From Eledone cirrhosa (taxonomy: Eukaryota): a DNA stretch of 64,000 nt. The stretch spans positions 24,862,001-24,926,000 of the forward strand of contig OZ024753.1 in assembly GCA_964016885.1 (NCBI GenBank), read 5' to 3'. Under the pieces are notes generated by a model. That model made no database searches. It was not told the origin of the DNA and worked only from the letters and a program-made list of their open reading frames with translations. Below, piece after piece: positions 14,777-30,800 of the stretch; positions within the stretch are counted from its first letter, which is position 1, and the number at the start of each line of letters is the position of its first letter. The position numbers were made by a program, and so were the translations under genes.

Positions 14777-17700
14777 CAAGACATAGAAACAGGATAGTAA
14801 TAACTCCAGCAAAGACATAGAAGCAGGATAGTAATAACTCCAGACAAGACTGAGAAACATGATAATAATAACTCCAACCAAGACATAGAAACATGATAGT
14901 AATAACCCCAATCATGACATAAAAACATGATAATAATAACTTCAGTCAAGATATAGAAACATGATAGTAATAACTCCAGTCAAGATATAGAAACATGATA
15001 ATAATAACTCCAGCCAAGACATAGAAACATGATAGTAATAACTGCAGCCAACACATAGAAACATGATAGTAATAACTCCCACCAAGATATAGAAACATGA
15101 TAGTAATAACTCCAGTCAAGACATAGAAACATGATAGTAATAACTCCAGTCAAGATATAGAAACATGATAGTAATAACCCCAATCAAGTTATAGAAACAT
15201 GATAGTAATAACTCCAACCAAGACATAGAAACATGATAGTAATAACTCCAACCAAAATATAGAAACAGGATAGTAATAACTCTAACCAAGATATAGAAAC
15301 ATGATAGTAATAACTCCAACCAAAATATAGAAACATGATAGTAGTAACTCCAACCAAGACATAGAAACATGATAGTAATAACTCCAACCAAGACATAGAA
15401 ACAGGATAGTAATAACTCCAACCAAGATATAGAAATAGGATAGTAATAACTCCAACCAAAATATTGATACATGATAGTAATAACTCCAACCAAGACATAG
15501 AAACAGGATAGTAATAACTCCAACCAAGATATAGAAATAGGATAATAATAACTCCAACCAAAATATTGATACATGATAGTAATAACTCCAACCAAGACAT
15601 AGAAACAGGATAGTAATAACTCTAACCAAGACATAGAAACAGGATAGTAATAACTCCAAACTAAATATGGAAACATGATAGTAATAACTCCAATCAAGAC
15701 ATAGTTACAGGATAGTAATAACTCCTACCAAGACATAGAAACAGGATAGTAATAACTCCAACCAAGACATAGAAACAGGATAGTAATAACTCCAGCCAAG
15801 ATATAGAAACAGTATAGTAATAACTCCAACCAAGACATAGAAACAGGATAGTAATAACTCCAACCAAGACATAGAAACAGGATAGTAATAACTCCAGCCA
15901 AGATATAGAAACAAGATAGTAATAACTCCAACCAAGACATAGAAACATGATAGTAATAACTCCAACCAAGATATAGAAACAGGATAGTAATAACTCAAAC
16001 CAAGATATAGAAACAGGATAGTAATAACTCCAACCAAGACATAGAAACAGGATAGTAATAACTCCAGCCAAGATATAGAAACAGGATAGTAATAACTCCA
16101 ACCAAGACATAGAAACAGGATAGTAATAACTCCAGTCAAGACATAGAAACAGGATAGTAACAACTCCAGCCAAGATATAGAAACAGGATAGTAATAACTC
16201 CAGTCAAGACATAGAAACATGATAGTAATAACTCCAGTCAAGACATAGAAACATGATAGTAATAACTCCAGTCAAGACATAGAAACAGGATAGTAATAAC
16301 TCCAGTCAAGACATAGAAACATGATAGTAATAACTCCAACCAAGTCATAGAAACATGATAGTAATAACTCCAGTCAAGACATAGAAACATAATAGTAATA
16401 ACTCCAACCAAGATATAGAAACATGATAGTAATAACGCCAGTCAAGACATAGAAACATGATAGTAATAACTCCAGTCAAGATATAGAAACATGATAGTAA
16501 TAACTCCAACCAAGACATATAAACAGGATAGTAATAACTCTAGCCAAGATATAGAAACATGATAGTAATAACTCCAGTCAAGATATAGTAACATGATAGT
16601 AATAACTCCAGTCAAGATATAGAAACATGATAGTAATAGCTCCAACCAAGACATAGAAACATGATAGTAATAACTCCAACCAAGATATAGAAACAGGATA
16701 GTAATAACTCCAACCAAACATAGAAACAGGATAGTAATAACTCCAGCCAAGATATAGTAACAGGATAGTAATAACTCCAGACAAGACATAGAAACAAGAT
16801 AGTAATAACTCTAACCAAGACATAGAGACATGATAATGATAACTCCAGAAAAGATATAGAAACAAGATAGTAATAACTCCAGACAAGATATAGAAACAAG
16901 ATAGTAATAACTCCAACCAAGATATAGAAACAAGATAGTAATAACTCCAACCAAGATATAGAAACAAGATAGTAATAACTCCAGCCAAGATATAGAAACA
17001 TGATAGTAATAACTCCAGCCAAGATATAGAAACAAGATAGTAATAACTCCAGTCAAGATATAGAAATATGATAGTAATAACTCTAACCAAGACATAGAGA
17101 CATGATAGTGATAACTCCAGAAAAGATATAGAAAGAAGATAGTAATAACTCCAGACAAGATATAGAAACAAGATAGTAATAACTCCAACCAAGATATAGA
17201 AACAAGATAGTAATAACTCCAACCAAGATATAGAAACAAGATAGTAATTACTCCAGCCAAGATATAGAAACATGATAGTAATAACTCCAGTCAAGATATA
17301 GAAATATGATAGTAATAACTCTAACCAAGACATAGAGACATGATAGTAATAACTCCAACCAAGACATATAAACAGTATAGTAATAACTCCAGATAAGACA
17401 GAGAAACATGATAGTAATAACTCCAGACAAGATATAGAAAGATGATAGTAATAACTCCAACCAAGACAGAGAAACATGATAGTAATAACTCCAGCCAAGA
17501 TATAGAAACAGGATAGTAATAACTCCAACCAAACATAGAAACAGGATAATAATAACTCCAGCGAAGACATAGAAACATGATAGTAATAACTCCAACCAAG
17601 ACATAGAAACATGATAGTAATAACTCCAACCAAGATATAGAAACAGGATAGTAATAACTCCAACCAAGACATAGAAACAGGATAGTAATAACTCCAGTCA

Positions 17701-20700
17701 AGATATAGAAACATGAGAGTAATAACTCCAACCAAGATATAGAAACATGATAGTAATAACTCCAACCAAGACATAGAAACAGGATAGTAATAACTCCAAC
17801 CAAGACATAGAAACATGATAGTAATAACTCCAACCAAGATATAGAAACATGATAGTAATAACTCCAACCAAGACATAGAAACATGATAGTAATAACTCCA
17901 GCCAAGACATAGAAACTTCATAGTAATAACTCCAACCAAGACATAGAAACATGATAATAATAACTCCAGTCAAGACATAGAAACATGATAGTAATAACTC
18001 CAGTCAAGACATAGAAACATGATAGTAATAACTCCAACCAACATATAGAAACATGATAGTAATAACGCCAGTCAAGATATAGAAACATGATAGTAATAAC
18101 TCCAACCAAGACATAGAAACATGATAGTAATAACTCCAACCAAGACATAGAAACAGGATAGTAATAACTCCAACCAAGATATAGAAATAGGATAGTAATA
18201 ACTCCAACCAAAATATTGAAACATGATAGTAATAACTCCAACCAAGATATAGAAACAGGATAGTAATAACTCCAACCAAGACATAGAAACAGGATAGTAA
18301 TAACTCCAGACAAGACATAGAAACAGGATAGTAATAACTCCAGCAAAGACATAGAAGCAGGATAGTAATAACTCCAGACAAGACTGAGAAACATGATAAT
18401 AATAACTCCAACCAAGACATAGAAACATGATAGTAATAACCCCAATCATGACATAAAAACATGATAATAATAACTTCAGTCAAGATATAGAAACATGATA
18501 GTAATAACTCCAGTCAAGATATAGAAACATGATAATAATAACTCCAGCCAAGACATAGAAACATGATAGTAATAACTCCAGCCAACACATAGAAACATGA
18601 TAGTAATAACTCCCACCAAGATATAGAAACATGATAGTAATAACTCCAGTCAAGACATAGAAACATGATAGTAATAACTCCAGTCAAGATATAGAAACAT
18701 GATAGTAATAACCCCAATCAAGTTATAGAAACATGATAGTAATAACTCCAACCAAGACATAGAAACATGATAGTAATAACTCCAACCAAAATATAGAAAC
18801 AGGATAGTAATAACTCTAACCAAGATATAGAAACATGATAGTAATAACTCCAACCAAAATATAGAAACATGATAGTAGTAACTCCAACCAAGACATAGAA
18901 ACATGATAGTAATAACTCCAACCAAGACATAGAAACAGGATAGTAATAACTCCAACCAAGATATAGAAATAGGATAGTAATAACTCCAACCAAAATATTG
19001 ATACATGATAGTAATAACTCCAACCAAGACATAGAAACAGGATAGTAATAACTCCAACCAAGATATAGAAATAGGATAATAATAACTCCAACCAAAATAT
19101 TGATACATGATAGTAATAACTCCAACCAAGACATAGAAACAGGATAGTAATAACTCTAACCAAGACATAGAAACAGGATAGTAATAACTCCAAACTAAAT
19201 ATGGAAACATGATAGTAATAACTCCAATCAAGACATAGTTACAGGATAGTAATAACTCCTACCAAGACATAGAAACAGGATAGTAATAACTCCAACCAAG
19301 ACATAGAAACAGGATAGTAATAACTCCAGCCAAGATATAGAAACAGTATAGTAATAACTCCAACCAAGACATAGAAACAGGATAGTAATAACTCCAACCA
19401 AGACATAGAAACAGGATAGTAATAACTCCAGCCAAGATATAGAAACAAGATAGTAATAACTCCAACCAAGACATAGAAACATGATAGTAATAACTCCAAC
19501 CAAGATATAGAAACAGGATAGTAATAACTCAAACCAAGATATAGAAACAGGATAGTAATAACTCCAACCAAGACATAGAAACAGGATAGTAATAACTCCA
19601 GCCAAGATATAGAAACAGGATAGTAATAACTCCAACCAAGACATAGAAACAGGATAGTAATAACTCCAGTCAAGACATAGAAACAGGATAGTAACAACTC
19701 CAGCCAAGATATAGAAACAGGATAGTAATAACTCCAGTCAAGACATAGAAACATGATAGTAATAACTCCAGTCAAGACATAGAAACATGATAGTAATAAC
19801 TCCAGTCAAGACATAGAAACAGGATAGTAATAACTCCAGTCAAGACATAGAAACATGATAGTAATAACTCCAACCAAGTCATAGAAACATGATAGTAATA
19901 ACTCCAGTCAAGACATAGAAACATAATAGTAATAACTCCAACCAAGATATAGAAACATGATAGTAATAACGCCAGTCAAGACATAGAAACATGATAGTAA
20001 TAACTCCAGTCAAGATATAGAAACATGATAGTAATAACTCCAACCAAGACATATAAACAGGATAGTAATAACTCTAGCCAAGATATAGAAACATGATAGT
20101 AATAACTCCAGTCAAGATATAGTAACATGATAGTAATAACTCCAGTCAAGATATAGAAACATGATAGTAATAGCTCCAACCAAGACATAGAAACATGATA
20201 GTAATAACTCCAACCAAGATATAGAAACAGGATAGTAATAACTCCAACCAAACATAGAAACAGGATAGTAATAACTCCAGCCAAGATATAGTAACAGGAT
20301 AGTAATAACTCCAGACAAGACATAGAAACAAGATAGTAATAACTCTAACCAAGACATAGAGACATGATAGTGATAACTCCAGAAAAGATATAGAAACAAG
20401 ATAGTAATAACTCCAGACAAGATATAGAAACAAGATAGTAATAACTCCAACCAAGATATAGAAACAAGATAGTAATAACTCCAACCAAGATATAGAAACA
20501 AGATAGTAATAACTCCAGCCAAGATATAGAAACATGATAGTAATAACTCCAGCCAAGATATAGAAACAAGATAGTAATAACTCCAGTCAAGATATAGAAA
20601 TATGATAGTAATAACTCTAACCAAGACATAGAGACATGATAGTGATAACTCCAGAAAAGATATAGAAAGAAGATAGTAATAACTCCAGACAAGATATAGA

Positions 20701-21638
20701 AACAAGATAGTAATAACTCCAACCAAGATATAGAAACAAGATAGTAATAACTCCAACCAAGATATAGAAACAAGATAGTAATTACTCCAGCCAAGATATA
20801 GAAACATGATAGTAATAACTCCAGTCAAGATATAGAAATATGATAGTAATAACTCTAACCAAGACATAGAGACATGATAGTAATAACTCCAACCAAGACA
20901 TATAAACAGTATAGTAATAACTCCAGATAAGACAGAGAAACATGATAGTAATAACTCCAGACAAGATATAGAAAGATGATAGTAATAACTCCAACCAAGA
21001 CAGAGAAACATGATAGTAATAACTCCAGCCAAGATATAGAAACAGGATAGTAATAACTCCAACCAAACATAGAAACAGGATAATAATAACTCCAGCGAAG
21101 ACATAGAAACATGATAGTAATAACTCCAACCAAGACATAGAAACATGATAGTAATAACTCCAACCAAGATATAGAAACAGGATAGTAATAACTCCAACCA
21201 AGACATAGAAACAGGATAGTAATAACTCCAGTCAAGATATAGAAACATGAGAGTAATAACTCCAACCAAGATATAGAAACATGATAGTAATAACTCCAAC
21301 CAAGACATAGAAACAGGATAGTAATAACTCCAACCAAGACATAGAAACATGATAGTAATAACTCCAACCAAGATATAGAAACATGATAGTAATAACTCCA
21401 ACCAAGACATAGAAACATGATAGTAATAACTCCAGCCAAGACATAGAAACTTCATAGTAATAACTCCAACCAAGACATAGAAACATGATAATAATAACTC
21501 CAGTCAAGACATAGAAACATGATAGTAATAACTCCAGTCAAGACATAGAAACATGATAGTAATAACTCCAACCAACATATAGAAACATGATAGTAATAAC
21601 GCCAGTCAAGATATAGAAACATGATAGTAATAACTCCA
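14777..21638 (+). repeat. Near-tandem duplication, offset 3534 bp (104 monomers minus two deletions)
   Basis: Identical ORF pairs 15116/18650, 15694/19228, 16578/20112 and 17698/21232. Confidence 0.9.
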
Positions 21639-24600
21639 GCCAAGACATAGAAACATGATAGTAATAACTCCAGCCAAGACATAGAAACATGATAGTAATA
21701 ACTCCCGCCAAGATATAGAAACATGATAGTAATAACTCGAGTCAAGAGATAGAAGCATGATAGTAATAACTCAAGTCAAGACTTAGAAACATGATAGTAA
21801 TAACTCCAGTCAAGATATAGAAACATGATAGTAATAACCCCAATCAAGTTATAGAAACATGATAGTAATAACTCCAACCAAGACAGAGAAACATGATAGT
21901 AATAACTCCAACCAAAATATAGAAACAGGATAGTAATAACTCTAACCAAGACATAGAAACAGGATAGTAATAACTCCAAACTAAATATGGAAACATGATA
22001 GTAATAACTCCAATCAAGACATAGAAACAGGATAGTAATAACTCCTACCAAGACATAGAAACAGGATAGTAATAACTCCAACCAAGACATAGAAACAGGA
22101 TAGTAATAACTCCAGCCAAGATATAGAAACAGTATAGTAATAACTCCAACCAAGACATAGAAACAGGATAGTAATAACTCCAACCAAGACATAGAAACAG
22201 GATAGTAATAACTCCCGCCAAGATATAGAAACATGATAGTAATAACTCCAGTCAAGAGATAGAAACATGATAGTAATAACTCCAGTCTAGACATAGAAAC
22301 ATGATAGTAATAACTCCAACCAAGACATAGAAACATGATAGTAATAACTCCAACCAAAATATAGAAACATCATAGTAACAACTCCAACCAAGAAATAGAA
22401 ACATGATAGTAATAACTCCAACCAAAATATAGAAACATGATAGTAATAACTCCAATCAAGACATAGAAACATGATAGTAATAACTCCAACCAAGACATAG
22501 AAACAAGATAGTAATAACTCCAACCAAGATATAGAAACAAGATAGTAATAACTCCAACCAAGATATAGAAACAAGATAGTAATTACTCCAGCCAAGATAT
22601 AGAAACATGATAGTAATAACTCCAGTCAAGATATAGAAATATGATAGTAATAACTCTAACCAAGACATAGAGACATGATAGTAATAACTCCAACCAAGAC
22701 ATATAAACAGTATAGTAATAACTCCAGATAAGACAGAGAAACATGATAGTAATAACTCCAGACAAGATATAGAAAGATGATAGTAATAACTCCAACCAAG
22801 ACAGAGAAACATGATAGTAATAACTCCAGCCAAGATATAGAAACAGGATAGTAATAACTCCAACCAAACATAGAAACAGGATAATAATAACTCCAGCGAA
22901 GACATAGAAACATGATAGTAATAACTCCAACCAAGACATAGAAACATGATAGTAATAACTCCAACCAAGATATAGAAACAGGATAGTAATAACTCCAACC
23001 AAGACATAGAAACAGGATAGTAATAACTCCAGTCAAGATATAGAAACATGAGAGTAATAACTCCAACCAAGATATAGAAACATGATAGTAATAACTCCAA
23101 CCAAGACATAGAAACAGGATAGTAATAACTCCAACCAAGACATAGAAACATGATAGTAATAACTCCAACCAAGATATAGAAACATGATAGTAATAACTCC
23201 AACCAAGACATAGAAACATGATAGTAATAACTCCAGCCAAGACATAGAAACTTCATAGTAATAACTCCAACCAAGACATAGAAACATGATAATAATAACT
23301 CCAGTCAAGACATAGAAACATGATAGTAATAACTCCAGTCAAGACATAGAAACATGATAGTAATAACTCCAACCAACATATAGAAACATGATAGTAATAA
23401 CGCCAGTCAAGATATAGAAACATGATAGTAATAACTCCAACCAAGACATAGAAACATGATAGTAATAACTCCAACCAAGACATAGAAACAGGATAGTAAT
23501 AACTCCAACCAAGATATAGAAATAGGATAGTAATAACTCCAACCAAAATATTGAAACATGATAGTAATAACTCCAACCAAGATATAGAAACAGGATAGTA
23601 ATAACTCCAACCAAGACATAGAAACAGGATAGTAATAACTCCAGACAAGACATAGAAACAGGATAGTAATAACTCCAGCAAAGACATAGAAGCAGGATAG
23701 TAATAACTCCAGACAAGACTGAGAAACATGATAATAATAACTCCAACCAAGACATAGAAACATGATAGTAATAACCCCAATCATGACATAAAAACATGAT
23801 AATAATAACTTCAGTCAAGATATAGAAACATGATAGTAATAACTCCAGTCAAGATATAGAAACATGATAATAATAACTCCAGCCAAGACATAGAAACATG
23901 ATAGTAATAACTCCAGCCAACACATAGAAACATGATAGTAATAACTCCCACCAAGATATAGAAACATGATAGTAATAACTCCAGTCAAGACATAGAAACA
24001 TGATAGTAATAACTCCAGTCAAGATATAGAAACATGATAGTAATAACCCCAATCAAGTTATAGAAACATGATAGTAATAACTCCAACCAAGACATAGAAA
24101 CATGATAGTAATAACTCCAACCAAAATATAGAAACAGGATAGTAATAACTCTAACCAAGATATAGAAACATGATAGTAATAACTCCAACCAAAATATAGA
24201 AACATGATAGTAGTAACTCCAACCAAGACATAGAAACATGATAGTAATAACTCCAACCAAGACATAGAAACAGGATAGTAATAACTCCAACCAAGATATA
24301 GAAATAGGATAGTAATAACTCCAACCAAAATATTGATACATGATAGTAATAACTCCAACCAAGACATAGAAACAGGATAGTAATAACTCCAACCAAGATA
24401 TAGAAATAGGATAATAATAACTCCAACCAAAATATTGATACATGATAGTAATAACTCCAACCAAGACATAGAAACAGGATAGTAATAACTCTAACCAAGA
24501 CATAGAAACAGGATAGTAATAACTCCAAACTAAATATGGAAACATGATAGTAATAACTCCAATCAAGACATAGTTACAGGATAGTAATAACTCCTACCAA

Positions 24601-27600
24601 GACATAGAAACAGGATAGTAATAACTCCAACCAAGACATAGAAACAGGATAGTAATAACTCCAGCCAAGATATAGAAACAGTATAGTAATAACTCCAACC
24701 AAGACATAGAAACAGGATAGTAATAACTCCAACCAAGACATAGAAACAGGATAGTAATAACTCCAGCCAAGATATAGAAACAAGATAGTAATAACTCCAA
24801 CCAAGACATAGAAACATGATAGTAATAACTCCAACCAAGATATAGAAACAGGATAGTAATAACTCAAACCAAGATATAGAAACAGGATAGTAATAACTCC
24901 AACCAAGACATAGAAACAGGATAGTAATAACTCCAGCCAAGATATAGAAACAGGATAGTAATAACTCCAACCAAGACATAGAAACAGGATAGTAATAACT
25001 CCAGTCAAGACATAGAAACAGGATAGTAACAACTCCAGCCAAGATATAGAAACAGGATAGTAATAACTCCAGTCAAGACATAGAAACATGATAGTAATAA
25101 CTCCAGTCAAGACATAGAAACATGATAGTAATAACTCCAGTCAAGACATAGAAACAGGATAGTAATAACTCCAGTCAAGACATAGAAACATGATAGTAAT
25201 AACTCCAACCAAGTCATAGAAACATGATAGTAATAACTCCAGTCAAGACATAGAAACATAATAGTAATAACTCCAACCAAGATATAGAAACATGATAGTA
25301 ATAACGCCAGTCAAGACATAGAAACATGATAGTAATAACTCCAGTCAAGATATAGAAACATGATAGTAATAACTCCAACCAAGACATATAAACAGGATAG
25401 TAATAACTCTAGCCAAGATATAGAAACATGATAGTAATAACTCCAGTCAAGATATAGTAACATGATAGTAATAACTCCAGTCAAGATATAGAAACATGAT
25501 AGTAATAGCTCCAACCAAGACATAGAAACATGATAGTAATAACTCCAACCAAGATATAGAAACAGGATAGTAATAACTCCAACCAAACATAGAAACAGGA
25601 TAGTAATAACTCCAGCCAAGATATAGTAACAGGATAGTAATAACTCCAGACAAGACATAGAAACAAGATAGTAATAACTCTAACCAAGACATAGAGACAT
25701 GATAGTGATAACTCCAGAAAAGATATAGAAACAAGATAGTAATAACTCCAGACAAGATATAGAAACAAGATAGTAATAACTCCAACCAAGATATAGAAAC
25801 AAGATAGTAATAACTCCAACCAAGATATAGAAACAAGATAGTAATAACTCCAGCCAAGATATAGAAACATGATAGTAATAACTCCAGCCAAGATATAGAA
25901 ACAAGATAGTAATAACTCCAGTCAAGATATAGAAATATGATAGTAATAACTCTAACCAAGACATAGAGACATGATAGTGATAACTCCAGAAAAGATATAG
26001 AAAGAAGATAGTAATAACTCCAGACAAGATATAGAAACAAGATAGTAATAACTCCAACCAAGATATAGAAACAAGATAGTAATAACTCCAACCAAGATAT
26101 AGAAACAAGATAGTAATTACTCCAGCCAAGATATAGAAACATGATAGTAATAACTCCAGTCAAGATATAGAAATATGATAGTAATAACTCTAACCAAGAC
26201 ATAGAGACATGATAGTAATAACTCCAACCAAGACATATAAACAGTATAGTAATAACTCCAGATAAGACAGAGAAACATGATAGTAATAACTCCAGACAAG
26301 ATATAGAAAGATGATAGTAATAACTCCAACCAAGACAGAGAAACATGATAGTAATAACTCCAGCCAAGATATAGAAACAGGATAGTAATAACTCCAACCA
26401 AACATAGAAACAGGATAATAATAACTCCAGCGAAGACATAGAAACATGATAGTAATAACTCCAACCAAGACATAGAAACATGATAGTAATAACTCCAACC
26501 AAGATATAGAAACAGGATAGTAATAACTCCAACCAAGACATAGAAACAGGATAGTAATAACTCCAGTCAAGATATAGAAACATGAGAGTAATAACTCCAA
26601 CCAAGATATAGAAACATGATAGTAATAACTCCAACCAAGACATAGAAACAGGATAGTAATAACTCCAACCAAGACATAGAAACATGATAGTAATAACTCC
26701 AACCAAGATATAGAAACATGATAGTAATAACTCCAACCAAGACATAGAAACATGATAGTAATAACTCCAGCCAAGACATAGAAACTTCATAGTAATAACT
26801 CCAACCAAGACATAGAAACATGATAATAATAACTCCAGTCAAGACATAGAAACATGATAGTAATAACTCCAGTCAAGACATAGAAACATGATAGTAATAA
26901 CTCCAACCAACATATAGAAACATGATAGTAATAACGCCAGTCAAGATATAGAAACATGATAGTAATAACTCCAGCCAAGACATAGAAACATGATAGTAAT
27001 AACTCCAGCCAAGACATAGAAACATGATAGTAATAACTCCCGCCAAGATATAGAAACATGATAGTAATAACTCGAGTCAAGAGATAGAAGCATGATAGTA
27101 ATAACTCAAGTCAAGACTTAGAAACATGATAGTAATAACTCCAGTCAAGATATAGAAACATGATAGTAATAACCCCAATCAAGTTATAGAAACATGATAG
27201 TAATAACTCCAACCAAGACAGAGAAACATGATAGTAATAACTCCAACCAAAATATAGAAACAGGATAGTAATAACTCTAACCAAGACATAGAAACAGGAT
27301 AGTAATAACTCCAAACTAAATATGGAAACATGATAGTAATAACTCCAATCAAGACATAGAAACAGGATAGTAATAACTCCTACCAAGACATAGAAACAGG
27401 ATAGTAATAACTCCAACCAAGACATAGAAACAGGATAGTAATAACTCCAGCCAAGATATAGAAACAGTATAGTAATAACTCCAACCAAGACATAGAAACA
27501 GGATAGTAATAACTCCAACCAAGACATAGAAACAGGATAGTAATAACTCCCGCCAAGATATAGAAACATGATAGTAATAACTCCAGTCAAGAGATAGAAA

Positions 27601-27831
27601 CATGATAGTAATAACTCCAGTCTAGACATAGAAACATGATAGTAATAACTCCAACCAAGACATAGAAACATGATAGTAATAACTCCAACCAAAATATAGA
27701 AACATCATAGTAACAACTCCAACCAAGAAATAGAAACATGATAGTAATAACTCCAACCAAAATATAGAAACATGATAGTAATAACTCCAATCAAGACATA
27801 GAAACATGATAGTAATAACTCCAACCAAGAC
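17162..27831 (+). repeat. Tandem duplication, unit 5335 bp (157 monomers minus three deletions); junction at about 22497-22505
   Basis: CTCGAG at 21736/27071; TCTAGA at 22286/27621; identical ORF pairs 17248/22583, 18650/23985, 20112/25447 and 21776/27111. Confidence 0.92.
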
Positions 27832-30800
27832 ATAGAAACAGGATAGTAATAACTCCAACCAAGATATAGAAATAGGATAGTAATAACTCCAACCAAAATA
27901 TTGAAACATGATAGTAATAACTCCAGCCAAGATATAGAAACATGATAGTAATAACTCCAACCAAGATATAGAAACAGGATAGTAATAACTCCAACCAAGA
28001 CATAGAAACAGGATAGTAATAACTCCAGACAAGACATAGAAACAGGATAGTAATAACTCCAGACAAGACATAGAAACAGGATAGTAATAACTCCAGACAA
28101 GACATAGAAACATGATAGTAATAACTCCAACCAAGATATAGAAACATGATAATAATATCTCCAACCAAGACATAGAAACAGGATAGTAATAACTCCAGCA
28201 AAGACATAGAAGCAGGATAGTAATAACTCCAGACAAGACTGAGAAACATGATAATAATAACTCCAACCAAGACATAGAAACATGATAGTAATAACCCCAA
28301 TCATGACATAAAAACATGATAATAATAACTTCAGTCAAGATATAGAAACATGATAGTAATAACTCCAGTCAAGATATAGAAACATGATAATAATAACTCC
28401 AGCCAAGACATAGAAACATGATAGTAATAACTCCAGCCAACACATAGAAACATGATAGTAATAACTCCCACCAAGATATAGAAACATGATAGTAATAACT
28501 CCAGTCAAGACATAGAAACATGATAGTAATAACTCCAACCAAGACATAGAAACATGATAGTAATAACTCCAACCAAAATATAGAAACAGGATAGTAATAA
28601 CTCTAACCAAGATATAGAAACATGATAGTAATAACTCCAACCAAGTCATAGAAACATGATAGTAATAACTCCAACCAAGACATAGAAACAGGATAGTAAT
28701 AACTCCAACCAAGATATAGAAATAGGATAGTAATAACTCCAACCAAAATATTGATACATGATAGTAATAACTCCAACCAAGACATAGAAACAGGATAGTA
28801 ATAACTCCAACCAAGATATAGAAATAGGATAATAATAACTCCAACCAAAATATTGATACATGATAGTAATAACTCCAACCAAGACATAGAAACAGGATAG
28901 TAATAACTCTAACCAAGACATAGAAACAGGATAGTAATAACTCCAAACTAAATATGGAAACATGATAGTAATAACTCCAATCAAGACATAGTTACAGGAT
29001 AGTAATAACTCCTACCAAGACATAGAAACAGGATAGTAATAACTCCAACCAAGACATAGAAACAGGATAGTAATAACTCCAGCCAAGATATAGAAACAGT
29101 ATAGTAATAACTCCAACCAAGACATAGAAACAGGATAGTAATAACTCCAACCAAGACATAGAAACAGGATAGTAATAACTCCAGCCAAGATATAGAAACA
29201 AGATAGTAATAACTCCAACCAAGACATAGAAACATGATAGTAATAACTCCAACCAAGATATAGAAACAGGATAGTAATAACTCAAACCAAGATATAGAAA
29301 CAGGATAGTAATAACTCCAACCAAGACATAGAAACAGGATAGTAATAACTCCAGCCAAGATATAGAAACAGGATAGTAATAACTCCAACCAAGACATAGA
29401 AACAGGATAGTAATAACTCCAGTCAAGACATAGAAACAGGATAGTAACAACTCCAGCCAAGATATAGAAACAGGATAGTAATAACTCCAGTCAAGACATA
29501 GAAACATGATAGTAATAACTCCAGTCAAGACATAGAAACATGATAGTAATAACTCCAGTCAAGACATAGAAACAGGATAGTAATAACTCCAGTCAAGACA
29601 TAGAAACATGATAGTAATAACTCCAACCAAGTCATAGAAACAGGATAGTAATAACTCCAGTCAAGACATAGAAACAGGATAGTAATAACTCCAGTCAAGA
29701 CATAGAAACATTATAGTAATAACACCAACCAAGACATAGGAACAGGATAGTAATAACTCCAGTCAAGACATAGAAACAGGATAGTAATAACTCCAGTCAA
29801 GACATAGAAACATGATAGTAATAACTCCAACCAAGTCATAGAAACAGGATAGTAATAACTCCAGTCAAGACATAGAAACATGATAGTAATAACTCCAGTC
29901 AAGACATAGAAACAGGATAGTAATAACTCCAACCAAGATATAGAAACAGGATAGTAATAACTCCAGTCAAGACATAGAAACAGGATAGTAATAACTCCAA
30001 CTAAGACATAGAAACATGATAGTAATAACTCCAACCAAGATATAGAAACAGGATAGTAATAACTCCAGTCAAGACATAGAAACATGATAGTAATAACTCC
30101 AGTCAAGACATAGAAACAGGATAGTAATAACTCCAACCAAGATTTAGAAACAGGATAGTAATAACTCCAGTCAAGACATAGAAACATGATAGTAATAACT
30201 CCAGCCAAGACATAGAAACATGATAGTAATAACTCCCGCCAAGATATAGAAACATGATAGTAATAACTCGAGTCAAGAGATAGAAACATGATAGTAATAA
30301 CTCAAGTCAAGACATAGAAACATGATAGTAATAACTCCAGTCAAGATATAGAAACATGATAGTAATAACCCCAATCAAGTTATAGAAACATGATAGTAAT
30401 AACTCCAACCAAGACAGAGAAACATGATAGTAATAACTCCAACCAAGACATAGAAACAGGATAGTAATAACTCCAAGCAAGACATAGAAACATGATAGTA
30501 ATAACTCCAACCTAGATATAGAAACATGATAGTAATAACTCCAACCAAGACATAGAAACATGATAGTAATAACTCCAGCCAAGACATAGAAACATGATAG
30601 TAATAACTCCAACCAAGACATAGAAACATAATAGTAATAACTCCAACCAAGATATAGAAACATGATAGTAATAACTCTAGCCAAGATATAGAAACATGAT
30701 AGTAATAACTCCAGTCAAGATATAGTAACATGATAGTAATAACTCCAGTCAAGATATAGAAACATGATAGTAATAGCTCCAACCAAGACATAGAAACATG

